A stretch of 63,768 nucleotides of DNA, counting the filler, from Phoronis australis (Eukaryota > Animalia > Phoronida): the NCBI GenBank assembly GCA_002633005.1. It is 4 parts of 4 records of this genome, joined end to end, with 100 filler letters (N's around TTAATTAATTAA, not from the genome) between each part and the next. Parts side by side here need not be neighbours in the genome. Positions count along the whole stretch, not along the records: positions 29,641 to 59,418 come from NMRA01001196.1; 3 more parts are not named here. One strand, 5' to 3'. Made by a program: the position numbers and the translations under genes. Positions 38,357-48,539 of the stretch are shown here, piece by piece. The stretch's first letter is position 1. The number at the start of each line of letters is the position of its first letter. The notes beneath the pieces were generated by a model. That model was given only the letters and a program-made list of their open reading frames with translations, searched no databases and was not told where the DNA came from.

Positions 38357-40133
38357 ATGGCCCTCGGACAAGAAATGGGTCTGCAGGGGGACAATCTCAG
38401 ACAGTTTGATTAGAAACAACAAGCTGAGGCTTGTGCTGAGGCTGAGGCGGTGGAGAGAAGGCAGGCGCGAGGGGCTGAGGCGGAGGAGAGAAGGCAGGCG
38501 CGATAGGCTAAGGGGGAGGAGAGAAGGCAAGCTCGTGAGGCTGAAGAAAGGGCGCGAGAGGCCGAAGAAAGGGTGCGAGAGGCAGAACAGCAGATGGAGT
38601 GACAAAGAATGGAACACGAGAGGGCGCTAGCAGCACTGAAAGCTGAACAGGTTGCAGCGGAGGGTAGCCATGTTAGATCAACTTGTGGTGTGAAGCCGAA
38701 GCTACCTAAGTTTCACGAAAAGCAGGACGACATAGACAACTTCCTGGAAAGGTTTGAAAGACACTCAGAGAGGCAGGGTTTGACACAGAGTGAATGGGCA
38801 ATTAGTCTCAGTCCCTGTTAACAGGTAAGGGCCTGCAGGTTTATACTACCCTTCCTATGGCTGATGTACTGGACTATGCTACACTAAAAAGAGCCTTGAT
38901 AAAGCGCTATGAGCTGACCGAGGAGGGCTTTTGCAGACAGTTCCGGGAAGCGAGGGTTGAAAGGGGTGAGACGGCTTATCAGTTTCTGGCCTGCATACAG
39001 CGTTACCTAGACAGGTGGATCGACATGTCCGACTGTGGCAAAGACTTTGCCGAGTTGAGAGACATGTTAGTGCGTGAGCAGTACGTTAACACTTGTAATA
39101 AAGACTTGGCTTTGTTCCTGCGAGAGCGGATACCCAAGTCAGTTCCAGAGATGGTGGGCTTAGCGGAGAGTTATATTGAGGCCCATGGAGTGGATATAAG
39201 GAGCACTCAGTCGAAGAAATCCCAAGAACGACCAGTCAAGACAGACAACCAGAATGTCGACCAGAAGAAAACTGACCTCTCAGTGGAAAGATGTTCCTTC
39301 TGTCACAAAACTGGACACCTGGCTAGAGACTGTCGGAAGCGGACACAAGGGATGCAATACCAAAAGTCAGCAGCGGTCAACTACCGAGATTCTCAGTATA
39401 AGGAGGATTCGATGAAGTGTGCTAACCCTGAATGCGCCGTCAAACGATGGCAATGTCTCAAGGAGGGGCATGTTGGCACGAAGAAGGTCTCAGTATTGAG
39501 AGACACAGGCTGCACGACCGTTGTGGTTCGGTCCAGTCTAGTCGAACCAGGAGATATCACCTGCCAGAAGAGGTCATGTGAGTTGGCGGACTCTACCAAG
39601 AGGTGGCTGCCTGTCGCCAGGATCAACATCAAGACACCGTACTACACGGGAGAAGTGTTTGCGATGTGCATGGAGCGCCCAGTGGCCGATTTGATTATCG
39701 GGAACGTACCTGATGCCTTGAACCCAGGGGATGTTGAGCGACAGCAGAGAGCAACAACTGCCAACGAGGACAGTACAGGCAATAGCCTTGTGGAGGGTAC
39801 ACAAGATGACTCTCAAGAAGGTACTACTTCTCAAGAGAAGAAGCAAGTGGCCTCAACTCCAGAGGGAGAAGAGGTGGCCGACATATCGGTAGAAACAGAT
39901 CCTGATGAATACAGCAGGGAAGGGGTAGCAGTGACTACCAGGGCTCAAGCAGAGCGACAAACAAGCGGACATTAAGCCGTTAGCTGTGTCTCCGACTATA
40001 CAAGAGGTGGGACTAAAGCAGTTCAAAAAGCCCAGCATGAAGATTCATCAATGGAAAAGTTGTGGGAGCAAGCTGAAGCCAAAGTTCAGCGACATACCAA
40101 AGGCAAGGGGTCATACGTGATGGAGATTCAGTA
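38357..40133 (+). pseudogene. gag: Gmr1-like Ty3/Gypsy gag-protease, disrupted and truncated before integrase/RT
   Basis: Coiled-coil E/R/A repeats, then KLPKF...DDID.FLERFER...W; SCAN-like capsid (YATLKRALIKRYELTEEGF.RQFR; LVREQY...FLRER.P); Zn knuckle CSFCHKTGHLARDC; aspartic protease LRDTGC; AVTTRAQ. Stops near 38413, 38506 and 38599 and a frameshift near 38820. Confidence 0.92.
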
Positions 40134-41913
40134 ATGGCAACTTCGATGACAACATGGTCATGTACTGCTTACTTCCATGTCCGTTAACTACCAAAGCCGG
40201 TATAAACGGTTCAGTTAACTTCGCAGTTTACGTCGTCGCTCCGCACAGACCGGAGTTAAGTGAGTATGAAAGGGCTTTATATCAATTTCAACAGTGTAGC
40301 AGTTGGTGTAAAGAATTGTGCTGGGGGAGAGAGGGGGGAGGGAGTTTGAAGGATGTACTATGGACATGCTGCCCACTCTCCATCACATGGGCATGACAAT
40401 AGCTTTATTAGAAAGTTCATATCCCTGTTGGTCGTATTGAGTACAGTGGGTGGTGAGTCTTGGTCAACGTGGCTATACTTGAGAATATCTAATTAGGTTT
40501 CCTCATTTTTCCAGTTATAAGAATACTGAGCACCTTCCCATGCCCATGTAACTGTAAGTTGATCTCTCTTACTCCATTAAGATTTAAAAGAAAGAATAGG
40601 TGTGCTAAATTGAAGATTATTCAGTTATTGATAGGCACTTTTTCTCTGTATTCCCATCTTAGACTGTACAGGTTAGGAGAAAATGGTTACTTGTAGCATG
40701 CATGATCCAAGCACATTACTTGAACCCACAACCTCAGTAACAACAATCAAGTTTCATGATTGGAGTGGAAATCTGTAAAGTTCCTCATGTCATGGAATTG
40801 CTCAATTTTTGAGTTGTGTATTCAATACAGAGATTAGGCTATGGGCTCTAACGGAAGCCTGAATTTTCGTCACTTATAAGTCGCTTAAGTCGTTGTCAGT
40901 TAAGAATGATCCTGTGTCAGCTACAAATTTTGCCTACTTGTAAATCAAAACTGTTTTAAGCGTAAAGGTATGACAAATTGACTTAAAGTAAATTCTTAAA
41001 TCTTGTGATTGCTCCTAGTAAAATGAGTCAAATTGTAGAATTTAAACCCTTCTGAGTCATCTGTACTTTCAAAATGAGTGGTTTAGACGAACCCCCCATA
41101 CAAACTTCTTCGGAGGAGTCCCAAACTGGTTATAGAAGCAGATTGCCTGAAGAGACTTTGATGTATTATTCCATTTCATTTCCTTTATAGCCCATGTAGT
41201 GACATTGCACATTTTATTCAACTCTCAGCTGGAAATCGTTACCAGACATAGGTATCAGCATTTCGATTAAAGTTTTTAAATTTGCCTTGATTAAAACATG
41301 TTCAGTTTGCATTCAGGAATTCACACAGGATTTTGAAAATAGAATGCTTAAAATGGGGTTCGCAATATTTTAGGGTGCCTGTGATTCCGACAACGCATTA
41401 CCCCTACCATCGTGCACCAGCACCACCCACACAGTGATTTGTTGAGTAGATCAAGGCGTTTATGTCTGAGTTTTCAAATCAATCCACCCCCTGTAGCGAG
41501 ATGTTTTAATGAGAAACTGCTTGGACCTAGACTTCCACGTTTAAATTTACGAATACAGCCAAGCAGCTTAGCAGACAAATATTAGATATTTTTTAATGAT
41601 GAGTGCACTTCGCAGATGACCTGTGGTTTATATTTTGGTAGCAGTTGTCACTGCTGGTCCATATTAAAACATGAACATGCACAATGAAATGCATGAAACA
41701 GTGTTTAGTTTGAGTTATTTATATTAGATTTGTGTAAACTCTACTTCAATCATATCAGTGTGATGTTTTTACTCTAACTTATCAGTGCTTTTGGAGGATG
41801 TCCAGGAGAGCAAAGAAGTATTGTAAGGTAACTAATTTGCTTACAACTGTACTATAACTGTAATCTAACTCCAGTTGATGGTTGAAATTCTGTGTATCGT
41901 GGGTGTAGCGAGC

Positions 41914-42000
41914 AATCACGATTTCCAAAAACCTTATTTTGATAATTCGCCTTTGCAATCACGAATATCCAAAAACCCTATTTTGATAATTCGCCTTTGC
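41914..42000. repeat. Two-copy ~44-bp tandem repeat
   Basis: AATCACGA.T.TCCAAAAACC.TATTTTGATAATTCGCCTTTGC occurs twice. Confidence 0.85.
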
Positions 42001-44254
42001 ATGATTCCATCTGTCGATTGAATGTTACTGTTTCAGATTCTTATCTACAGGTCTGAGTTTTCAGCGTAGAGGCCTCATAATGAATTTTAAACTGAATGTC
42101 TTCTTACAAATGTCACTATTGTCATTTTGCAGGGATTCAGAGCTGTTGTTCATCCTTGTCCTTGTCTTCTTTGTCACCTCACAATCAGCTACAAAGATTA
42201 ATTTGTGTTTCTGCTCTTGTAAAGACTCTATGCTGTATTGGATTTTAAAGTAGATATACACTTTAAGCATGCCTTCTGTCACGAAAACCAACCTTTCATT
42301 TAATAGACCATGTATTATTAGTATGACATTTATCTCAACTTGTTCCTTGATAAAAATAGGTGTGAATTTTGGGCTTGTTACCACTAGAGACAGTTTCTTT
42401 AGGTTGGCTTGTTACAGCATGCCATTTCATTCACCTGACATGGTCACAACCATACTGAACTGAAGTTCTTTGCAAAACAAAAATATTTCTCATTTGAATC
42501 TCATTTGAATAAGGAAAAAGCCGAGATCAATTTTATACTGGTAGGTGGTTAAAATCAAATGTCAATTTGCATGACTAGAACAGGGTTTTATAGCCACTGT
42601 AATTGTTCTGCGAAAAATGCAACTCTATCGTCTTTAAGTGTTGATTTGTCATTGCTTACTGATACGCGATGATAGTATGAACCTTGTTTGAGCTTGATAA
42701 AACAGTTGTAGTAACTGTATATACATATAACGGCTGCTGAGTAGCACTAAGGGCACAACCATATTGCCATGTGTTCTATTTCCAGTCTAAGAAATCTAAG
42801 ATACATGTACAGACCATTAAGTGTTTTGCAATGGTCATCAAAAGTTATGATGCGATGGAGATTTATACTAAGAATTAAATGACAATATGTGCATTAGTTC
42901 TTGCGTCATCTTTCTAACTTGCATCCTCTCGCACATGTTGATACTAGCATTCAGTCTGTGCCATGGGTACGGTTATCACTACTTGTACCCAATGGTGATT
43001 TTCTTTGCCCTGTATCTTTGGTTTTAGTGTTTCAGTGCTCAATTATATTTTACACGGGTACTTCAGTGAAAAATCAAAGAAGCAGTCACAGATTAAGAAA
43101 GGTCTATACTCCACTGCCACTGGCGTCCATAATTAACAGATGCTTGAGAGAAAAACAAAGCGTGCACAAATTTGACACATGACTTCCTGGTGCCACCCAG
43201 TACATTACCTTGAGTTCAATGGTCTTGCAATGACAACACATGTTAATTGATCTATCAAAGAAACTACCATTGCTTCAGTGAACACTTGACAAAAACGTTA
43301 AAATTAATTTTGCACAGTACCTTGACGTGGATATAGACTCTAGTCAATACAAAAGGGCACGCCATTATTCTTCATTCTATTCGTTCACCGCAGAGTATAT
43401 AAGTCTGACATTTCACTTTTATATAAGTTAACCAAGAATACTTGATCACTGTTTGCCTAAATGCGACTCCAAAGCTGTGATACAGTACCTGCTTTGAAAC
43501 TGAAATGTTCATGTAACTCGGTTCAGGTTAATGCTATCAAATTGCTTCATCTGCTTTTTTTGATCCACGTGGTGTGAATTGACTACGCAATTAAAATAAA
43601 TATGTCCGCAGCTCGATTAATTGCCTGTCATGCTGCATCTCTTGTTTGTATTTACACTTCTGTTATGTTTTAATTACTACAGTCAAATGCATTTGATGTT
43701 GTGCAGGTTAAACTTTGGCACTGAAAATCCATTCTGTTAATGTGATTACGTCATTGCTGTTAAAGCTGCTATAAACCTTCAAATAAACCAAATCTTGATT
43801 TTGACCATATATTATCGGCCCAGTACACGTGATTTCTGGAATTAGAAAGAACTGATTATAGGTCTAACCTCAGCCTATCAACTTAGCTTGAAACAGCATA
43901 TTTTTTTCTAAGTGAATTCGTTCCAAGGCAAGAAACTCATACTCACCTGGTTAAAGAAAATTACTGAAAGGAGGTTTGATGCAGAAAATGGTGTAAATCA
44001 AAAGTTTATTATTGATGGAATGTGGGTTTATAGAAACTTTAATAATCCTATTGCATTAAACGAGAATGCCACCCAAAAACAACCTATTTTGTATTGATTT
44101 AGATCATAGACTATAGTACATGGACCGCCAACTCCGTATACTTTCAATGGACGAAATCTGTGAGCTTGCGCACAAGCGCTAACGTCATTATTCACTGGCG
44201 ACACCTGGCTAAATTATCTGGTGTAATTTCCGGCAAGTACGTCGTCTGCTAATC

Positions 44255-44448
44255 ATGGTCGGCTGCTGTGTGGCCGGTTGTTCGGCTACGCCGGCGAAAT
44301 GCAGAGGCGTTAGCTTCCATAGTGTACGGAGATCCCAAAATCCGCTGTGGGAGAAAAAGTTATTTTCTCGCGTCGACGTGAATGGAAGTTGTTCTTCCAA
44401 AAAAAAACTTGTACATTTGTTCACGTCACTTCGAAGATGTTTTTTAAG
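44255..44448 (+). pseudogene. THAP zinc-finger remnant (transposase N-terminus)
   Basis: MVGCCVAGCSATPAKCRGVSFH...LWEKKL.../frameshift in A-run/LYICSRHFED: the C2CH THAP signature. Confidence 0.85.
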
Positions 44449-46091
44449 AGGCTCTGGTAGGCCTACTACTTAATCCTGTCTTCACAAATCCATTTTTCTT
44501 TTCTCCGTTTTGATGAAAACTATCTGGTAAACTTTTTGACGAAAAATGTCCGCTAAATTTCTTCCAATGGTAGTGACTGGTGAACTCTTGTCCTTACGAG
44601 GACCTTCAGCCATAGTCTAGTGAGCGAATTAACCAAATTACTCTTCGGTGGCCCTGATCAGACGGTTGGTCTCAGCATAATGCGCACATTTGGCCAGGAT
44701 TTGGATCAGCGATTTGAACAAATTCACATTCGTGTACAAATAAATAGGACGCTAGTAAAACCTTTAACATAAATAAAGATTACATTAATACTTCAGAAAT
44801 AAATACCTGGACCTGTCAAAATCTATCCCGCAATTCAACAGCAGGTTACATACTCAATTATTTATGTCGACTGTATGCCGCACAAAACTTGAACCATCTT
44901 AGCCAAGTACGCTGCAGTCTATGAAAATACCGATAACTAACCCGAGTTTCAACTTCTTTGCAAACATGGAACAGGGATATCAAAGGGGTATGAAGGTTGT
45001 TTTTATGCTTCAATGTTACATTTTTGTAAGCAGACAAATGTTTTTTTTTAAATCTACCATAATTCCTACTATTTCAAAAGTATTTCCAAACCTTTGGTCT
45101 TTCAAACGTACATTGATGACAAAACCATATTTCTTCAACCGGTTTTGTAAAGTCCTACACCACCTCCACATAATATGAACCAATCCTACTCCTAATGTAA
45201 CAAAAAGGTCCCGTGCGTAACGGATACTAAGTATGGTCCTTCTGAAATATTGGATAGGTTCTGCTAACGCAACCTCGCGAAAAGTCACACAAGAACTCGT
45301 GACATGTACCATCGCGTTACAAGTGAGCAATAACGAATTGTCAGTTATGTCGAACTTTACTCCAATTAGACATTGATATTGCATTTAAAAAAGTAAGAGG
45401 TCTAATCAAGAGAAAAATACTTTTGTGACGGAAGGCGAATTTAGTCATGTAGCCGATTCAATTTTAAACAAACTCATTTGAGAAAAATACTGAAACCACC
45501 ACCTTCCATTTGAAAAATCGCCATTGTCAAACAACTGCAAACACATATAAAATCGTTTCATATGCTGTTTGGAAAAGATGCCTTTAACATAATTCAAATT
45601 CAAATTATCTTTAAGCACATAAATGTATTTACTTGATTTTTTGATGAAAACATGGATTCAAGATCCTCGTTCCAGTTCGCCATCTCAGATTTTTCCTGGA
45701 AAAAAGTCGCTTGAAATTTTCACTGTTCAAATGCAACCGTAAAGTCATTATATTATTTCCCCGTGAAATTTGCTAAAGCTATGTAACCTCATTCACTGTC
45801 CAGAATAACGAAAAACCTCGGAAGCAAGGGAAATGAACCCTAAGAGGTAGCAAGCAAGATAAAGGGGGTGGTAGGGACGTGAAGCTGACGTGTGCTAATT
45901 TTCAATTTCATACTTTTATGTGGCATTTTCATAATTTTGATTTGAGATGTCAACTCAGATCAAACGGTTTGAAAGTTCGGATTTTTAATTTGTAATGAAC
46001 TTGAGTTGCACTGCACGTGACCTTTTATGAATTTACCGTAGTTGGCTACAGACAGGCCCACCTTTATAAAAACTAGCAACGTAGACAAACG

Positions 46092-46248
46092 CATGCGCGC
46101 ACCCAGGGGAAAAGTCCAAGAGAAAGAGACGAAAGTCCACAATACGGCAGTACCCCGTTTTTTATTTTAGTTCTCACGCTTTTTGTTAGCAAAAGGTCCA
46201 CTTTGCCAGAGATTCGAGCCCCCGTATTAGAGGCTGGGTGCGCGCATG
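46092..46248. mobile_element. MITE with CATGCGCGCACCCAG TIRs and 5-bp TSD AAACG
   Basis: 15-bp perfect TIR; AAACG at 46087-46091 and 46249-46253. Confidence 0.85.
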
Positions 46249-46527
46249 AAACGTCTACACAAATTGCACCCAATGCAGCTCCTGGTTTAAACGCGGGCTT
46301 CTTTTTCAAAGTTTGGTCAGGTATAAATAACGCCACAAACATGGAGGTTCACTGAAACACGTCTACCTTACAGATGTGACAATCCCTAGCCACGGAAAAC
46401 TTGAGAGGCCGACAAAAATACTAATGATGAAATACCGGTGATGATAATCATCCACTTTGTTAATTTACTTCACCTACACAATTGGAAATAGCCGCTAAAA
46501 TGAAACTCATTCGAGTAAGCACCACGT

Positions 46528-46670
46528 CATGCGCGCCACTCAGAGGGGGGGGGTCGGAGCCCCCCCCATTTGGCAAAGTGGGCAAAAAGGTCTGCCCGCT
46601 CTCTTGTTAACAACAGTTCCATAACGTCAGGAATTCGAGCCCCCCATTTTGAAGACTGGGTGCGCGCATG
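46528..46670. mobile_element. MITE of the same TIR family, 5-bp TSD CACGT
   Basis: CATGCGCGC...CTGGGTGCGCGCATG; CACGT at 46523-46527 and 46671-46675; shares the internal ATTCGAGCCCCC with the 46092 copy. Confidence 0.85.
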
Positions 46671-46841
46671 CACGTGAGTCCCTGGACAGCCCCAATATGG
46701 TAAAACCCAAGGAGCTCAAGTCGGGGTTAAATCAGGATGGGCATAAATAAGGAAATTTACTGTATCAACAGATTAGACAAATAAGAATAAGATACAAAGC
46801 ATTGATACAGTGTACACGCGCACAATAACTGGGTCTATCAA

Positions 46842-46940
46842 TTTTCCCGCCGCAAGCGATTGAACCAATCGGATCACCAATGGCGCAAACCTTTCGAAAA
46901 CAAGCCTAATTTTTAGGGAGTCTGTTACTGCTCTTTATAT
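46842..46940 (+). promoter_or_regulatory. Putative cell-cycle-type promoter (E2F, 2x CCAAT, CHR-like, TATA-like)
   Basis: TTTCCCGC 46843-46850, CCAAT 46865 and 46877, GGCGCAAA 46882-46889, TTTCGAAA 46892-46899 and TTTATAT ~46934, 120-220 bp upstream of ATG 47061. Motif matches only. Confidence 0.45.
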
Positions 46941-47060
46941 TTTCAAAACTTTAATTTGTTATAGTTAATTTATTTGCTGTGCACCTCAATGAGACCAGTT
47001 CATATATATGCATTTAACACTATTAATACATTGTAAAACCATAGATTATGCACTATCAAC

Positions 47061-47243
47061 ATGAGCCAAAAACAGTACACCCCTTTATTAAAAAATGGGT
47101 TAAAGGTTAGAAACAAAGGACGAGAGCGTAGACAAGTTTCCATCACTTGCAACGTCGATTTTTTACGATGGACGTTGGAGAAGAACATCAGTCTGGTGAC
47201 AGCAACACGGAATCGTACGAAGGCGATGATTTTCGAAATTTGA
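47061..47243 (+). CDS. Short basic ORF (60 aa) overlapping the PHD ORF; possible N-terminus of a -1 frameshift fusion
   Basis: Good start context (CAACATGA); K/R-rich MSQKQYTPLLKNGLKVRNKGRERRQ...; T TTT TTA at 47159-47165 is in phase. Confidence 0.4.
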   Translation: MSQKQYTPLLKNGLKVRNKGRERRQVSITCNVDFLRWTLEKNISLVTATRNRTKAMIFEI

Positions 47244-47485
47244 TTCGTTGTGTTGTTTGTCATTTTTTTCCTACAGTTCAGGATTATTTGTGGATACAGG
47301 AACAAGAACTGAACGATGCAGGGTTCGTGACAACGTTGGTGAACGGTGATATCTATCTAAGGTGTTACAACTGTCATCGATATTGTCATCTCCTCTGTTT
47401 TCATCCAACCTTTCCAGATGAAAACTTTAATGAAGAGGACCTTCAGTACTTGAGTGAGCATGGCATACTGTGTGATTTATGTTGA
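47168..47485 (+). CDS. Intronless C4HC3 PHD-like zinc-finger protein (105 aa)
   Basis: Intact ORF with C28-x2-C31-x34-C66-x2-C69-x4-H74-x2-C77-x24-C102-x2-C105. It has an acidic N-terminus and stops immediately after the last Cys. Confidence 0.8.
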   Translation: MDVGEEHQSGDSNTESYEGDDFRNLIRCVVCHFFPTVQDYLWIQEQELNDAGFVTTLVNGDIYLRCYNCHRYCHLLCFHPTFPDENFNEEDLQYLSEHGILCDLC

Positions 47486-47495
47486 ATTATTCAAC

Positions 47496-47511
47496 GGTTC
47501 TTTTAAGAACC
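47496..47511 (+). terminator. Histone-type 3' stem-loop 1
   Basis: CAAC-GGTTCT TTTA AGAACC-A: 6-bp stem and 4-nt loop matching the metazoan consensus GGYYYU-UYUN-ARRRCC, 10 nt after the TGA. Confidence 0.8.
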
Positions 47512-47536
47512 ATTTCACGCTATACCTACAACCAAC

Positions 47537-47576
47537 GGCCCTTTTAAGGGCCACTCAACACTGCCCAGAAGAACTG
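47537..47576 (+). terminator. Histone-type 3' stem-loop 2 plus HDE-like element
   Basis: CCAAC-GGCCCT TTTA AGGGCC-ACTCA (stem-loop 47537-47552) has canonical A/C-rich flanks. Purine-rich AGAAGAACTG at 47567-47576 sits at the usual HDE distance. Confidence 0.88.
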
Positions 47577-48142
47577 CTCACTTGAGAATGTTGATTTATA
47601 AACACGCTTTCGTAGTTTTCTCAGTAGGCCTATGTGAACCGTAAATCAAAAACTGTCCGATAACTATGCTGCTATTGGGCAAGCAGACGACATAAAGGGT
47701 CGGAACCGAAGTTTGAATTTTGAAATTAATTACCAGTAGCATTGCCAAAAGTACTCACAATACCAACACTTCTACTATTGAAAGACTTTGAAAAGCGTTT
47801 CAATACCGAAATTGATATAAATTAATGTTTTTTTCGCTGTTTTGGACAGTAAAGTAGATGCAAGTATTTCTCGTCAAATTACACTGACCGGAAACTGCAG
47901 CTGATAGGTCAGGAGAGTTGAACTCAGCTCGTAAGAATATGCTGGAGTTGCGAATCTGTTGTCTATAATCTATGTTTAGATCGAGTAGCTCTACTCGATA
48001 ACGGCACGTTCGGTTGCGTTACCTGACACCTGACGGCAGACGGAGGAGTTGAAATTATCCAATGACGTTTCACACGCAGTCTGTTCAGCAGTTCACAACA
48101 CGGGTTAGTGGTGTCAGCTTATCGCTTGAATTTATAGTTTAA

Positions 48143-48378
48143 CAGAGGCGGATCTACAGGGGGGNNNNNNNGGGGGGGGGGGGGTGCAGGGAGCTTAACC
48201 CCCCTCGGGACAAGATCAAAAATAAAAATTGAAAAAAAAATTGCCAGAAAACCGAAATTAGCTACTAAAAACCACAGAAAATATTACACAGGAGGAAGGA
48301 AACCTTCCTTCCCCTCCTACGCGTCTCGGATTCGCTCGAATCCCAACCCCCCTTACGAAACACGCATATCTGCCACTG
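48143..48378. mobile_element. MITE with CAG(A/T)GGCGGAT-type TIRs (hAT-like)
   Basis: CAGAGGCGGATCTA...ATATCTGCCACTG; flanks AGTTTAA/TGTTTAA are similar. Related ends at ~12760-12773, 15422-15573, ~29716-29728 and 59410. Confidence 0.65.
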
Positions 48379-48539
48379 TGTTTAACACCAATAAGTCATC
48401 AAAATTCGATGTAAAACCCTTAAAAACACACCGAGTTTTTATAAAAACATGTTTTATTTCGCTGTTACGGATTTACTGGTATTTGGACACACCGTAGCCT
48501 ACAAAGTTCGGCAGACCAATTTACCGAGATCCGTCTCCG

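Larger units (their letters stand above)
44105..47974 (+). mobile_element. P-element-like non-autonomous transposon with cargo, 3870 bp
   Basis: Left end CATAGACTATAGTAC, right end GTCTATAATCTATG; identical 7-bp TSD TTTAGAT at 44098-44104 and 47975-47981; THAP remnant near the left end. CA..TG ends, 7-8-bp TSD and THAP are P-superfamily hallmarks. Confidence 0.88.

Noticed and set aside
38345-38630. Arg-rich and Leu/Ser-rich ORFs
   Set aside because: Alternative frames of the repetitive coiled-coil region of gag.
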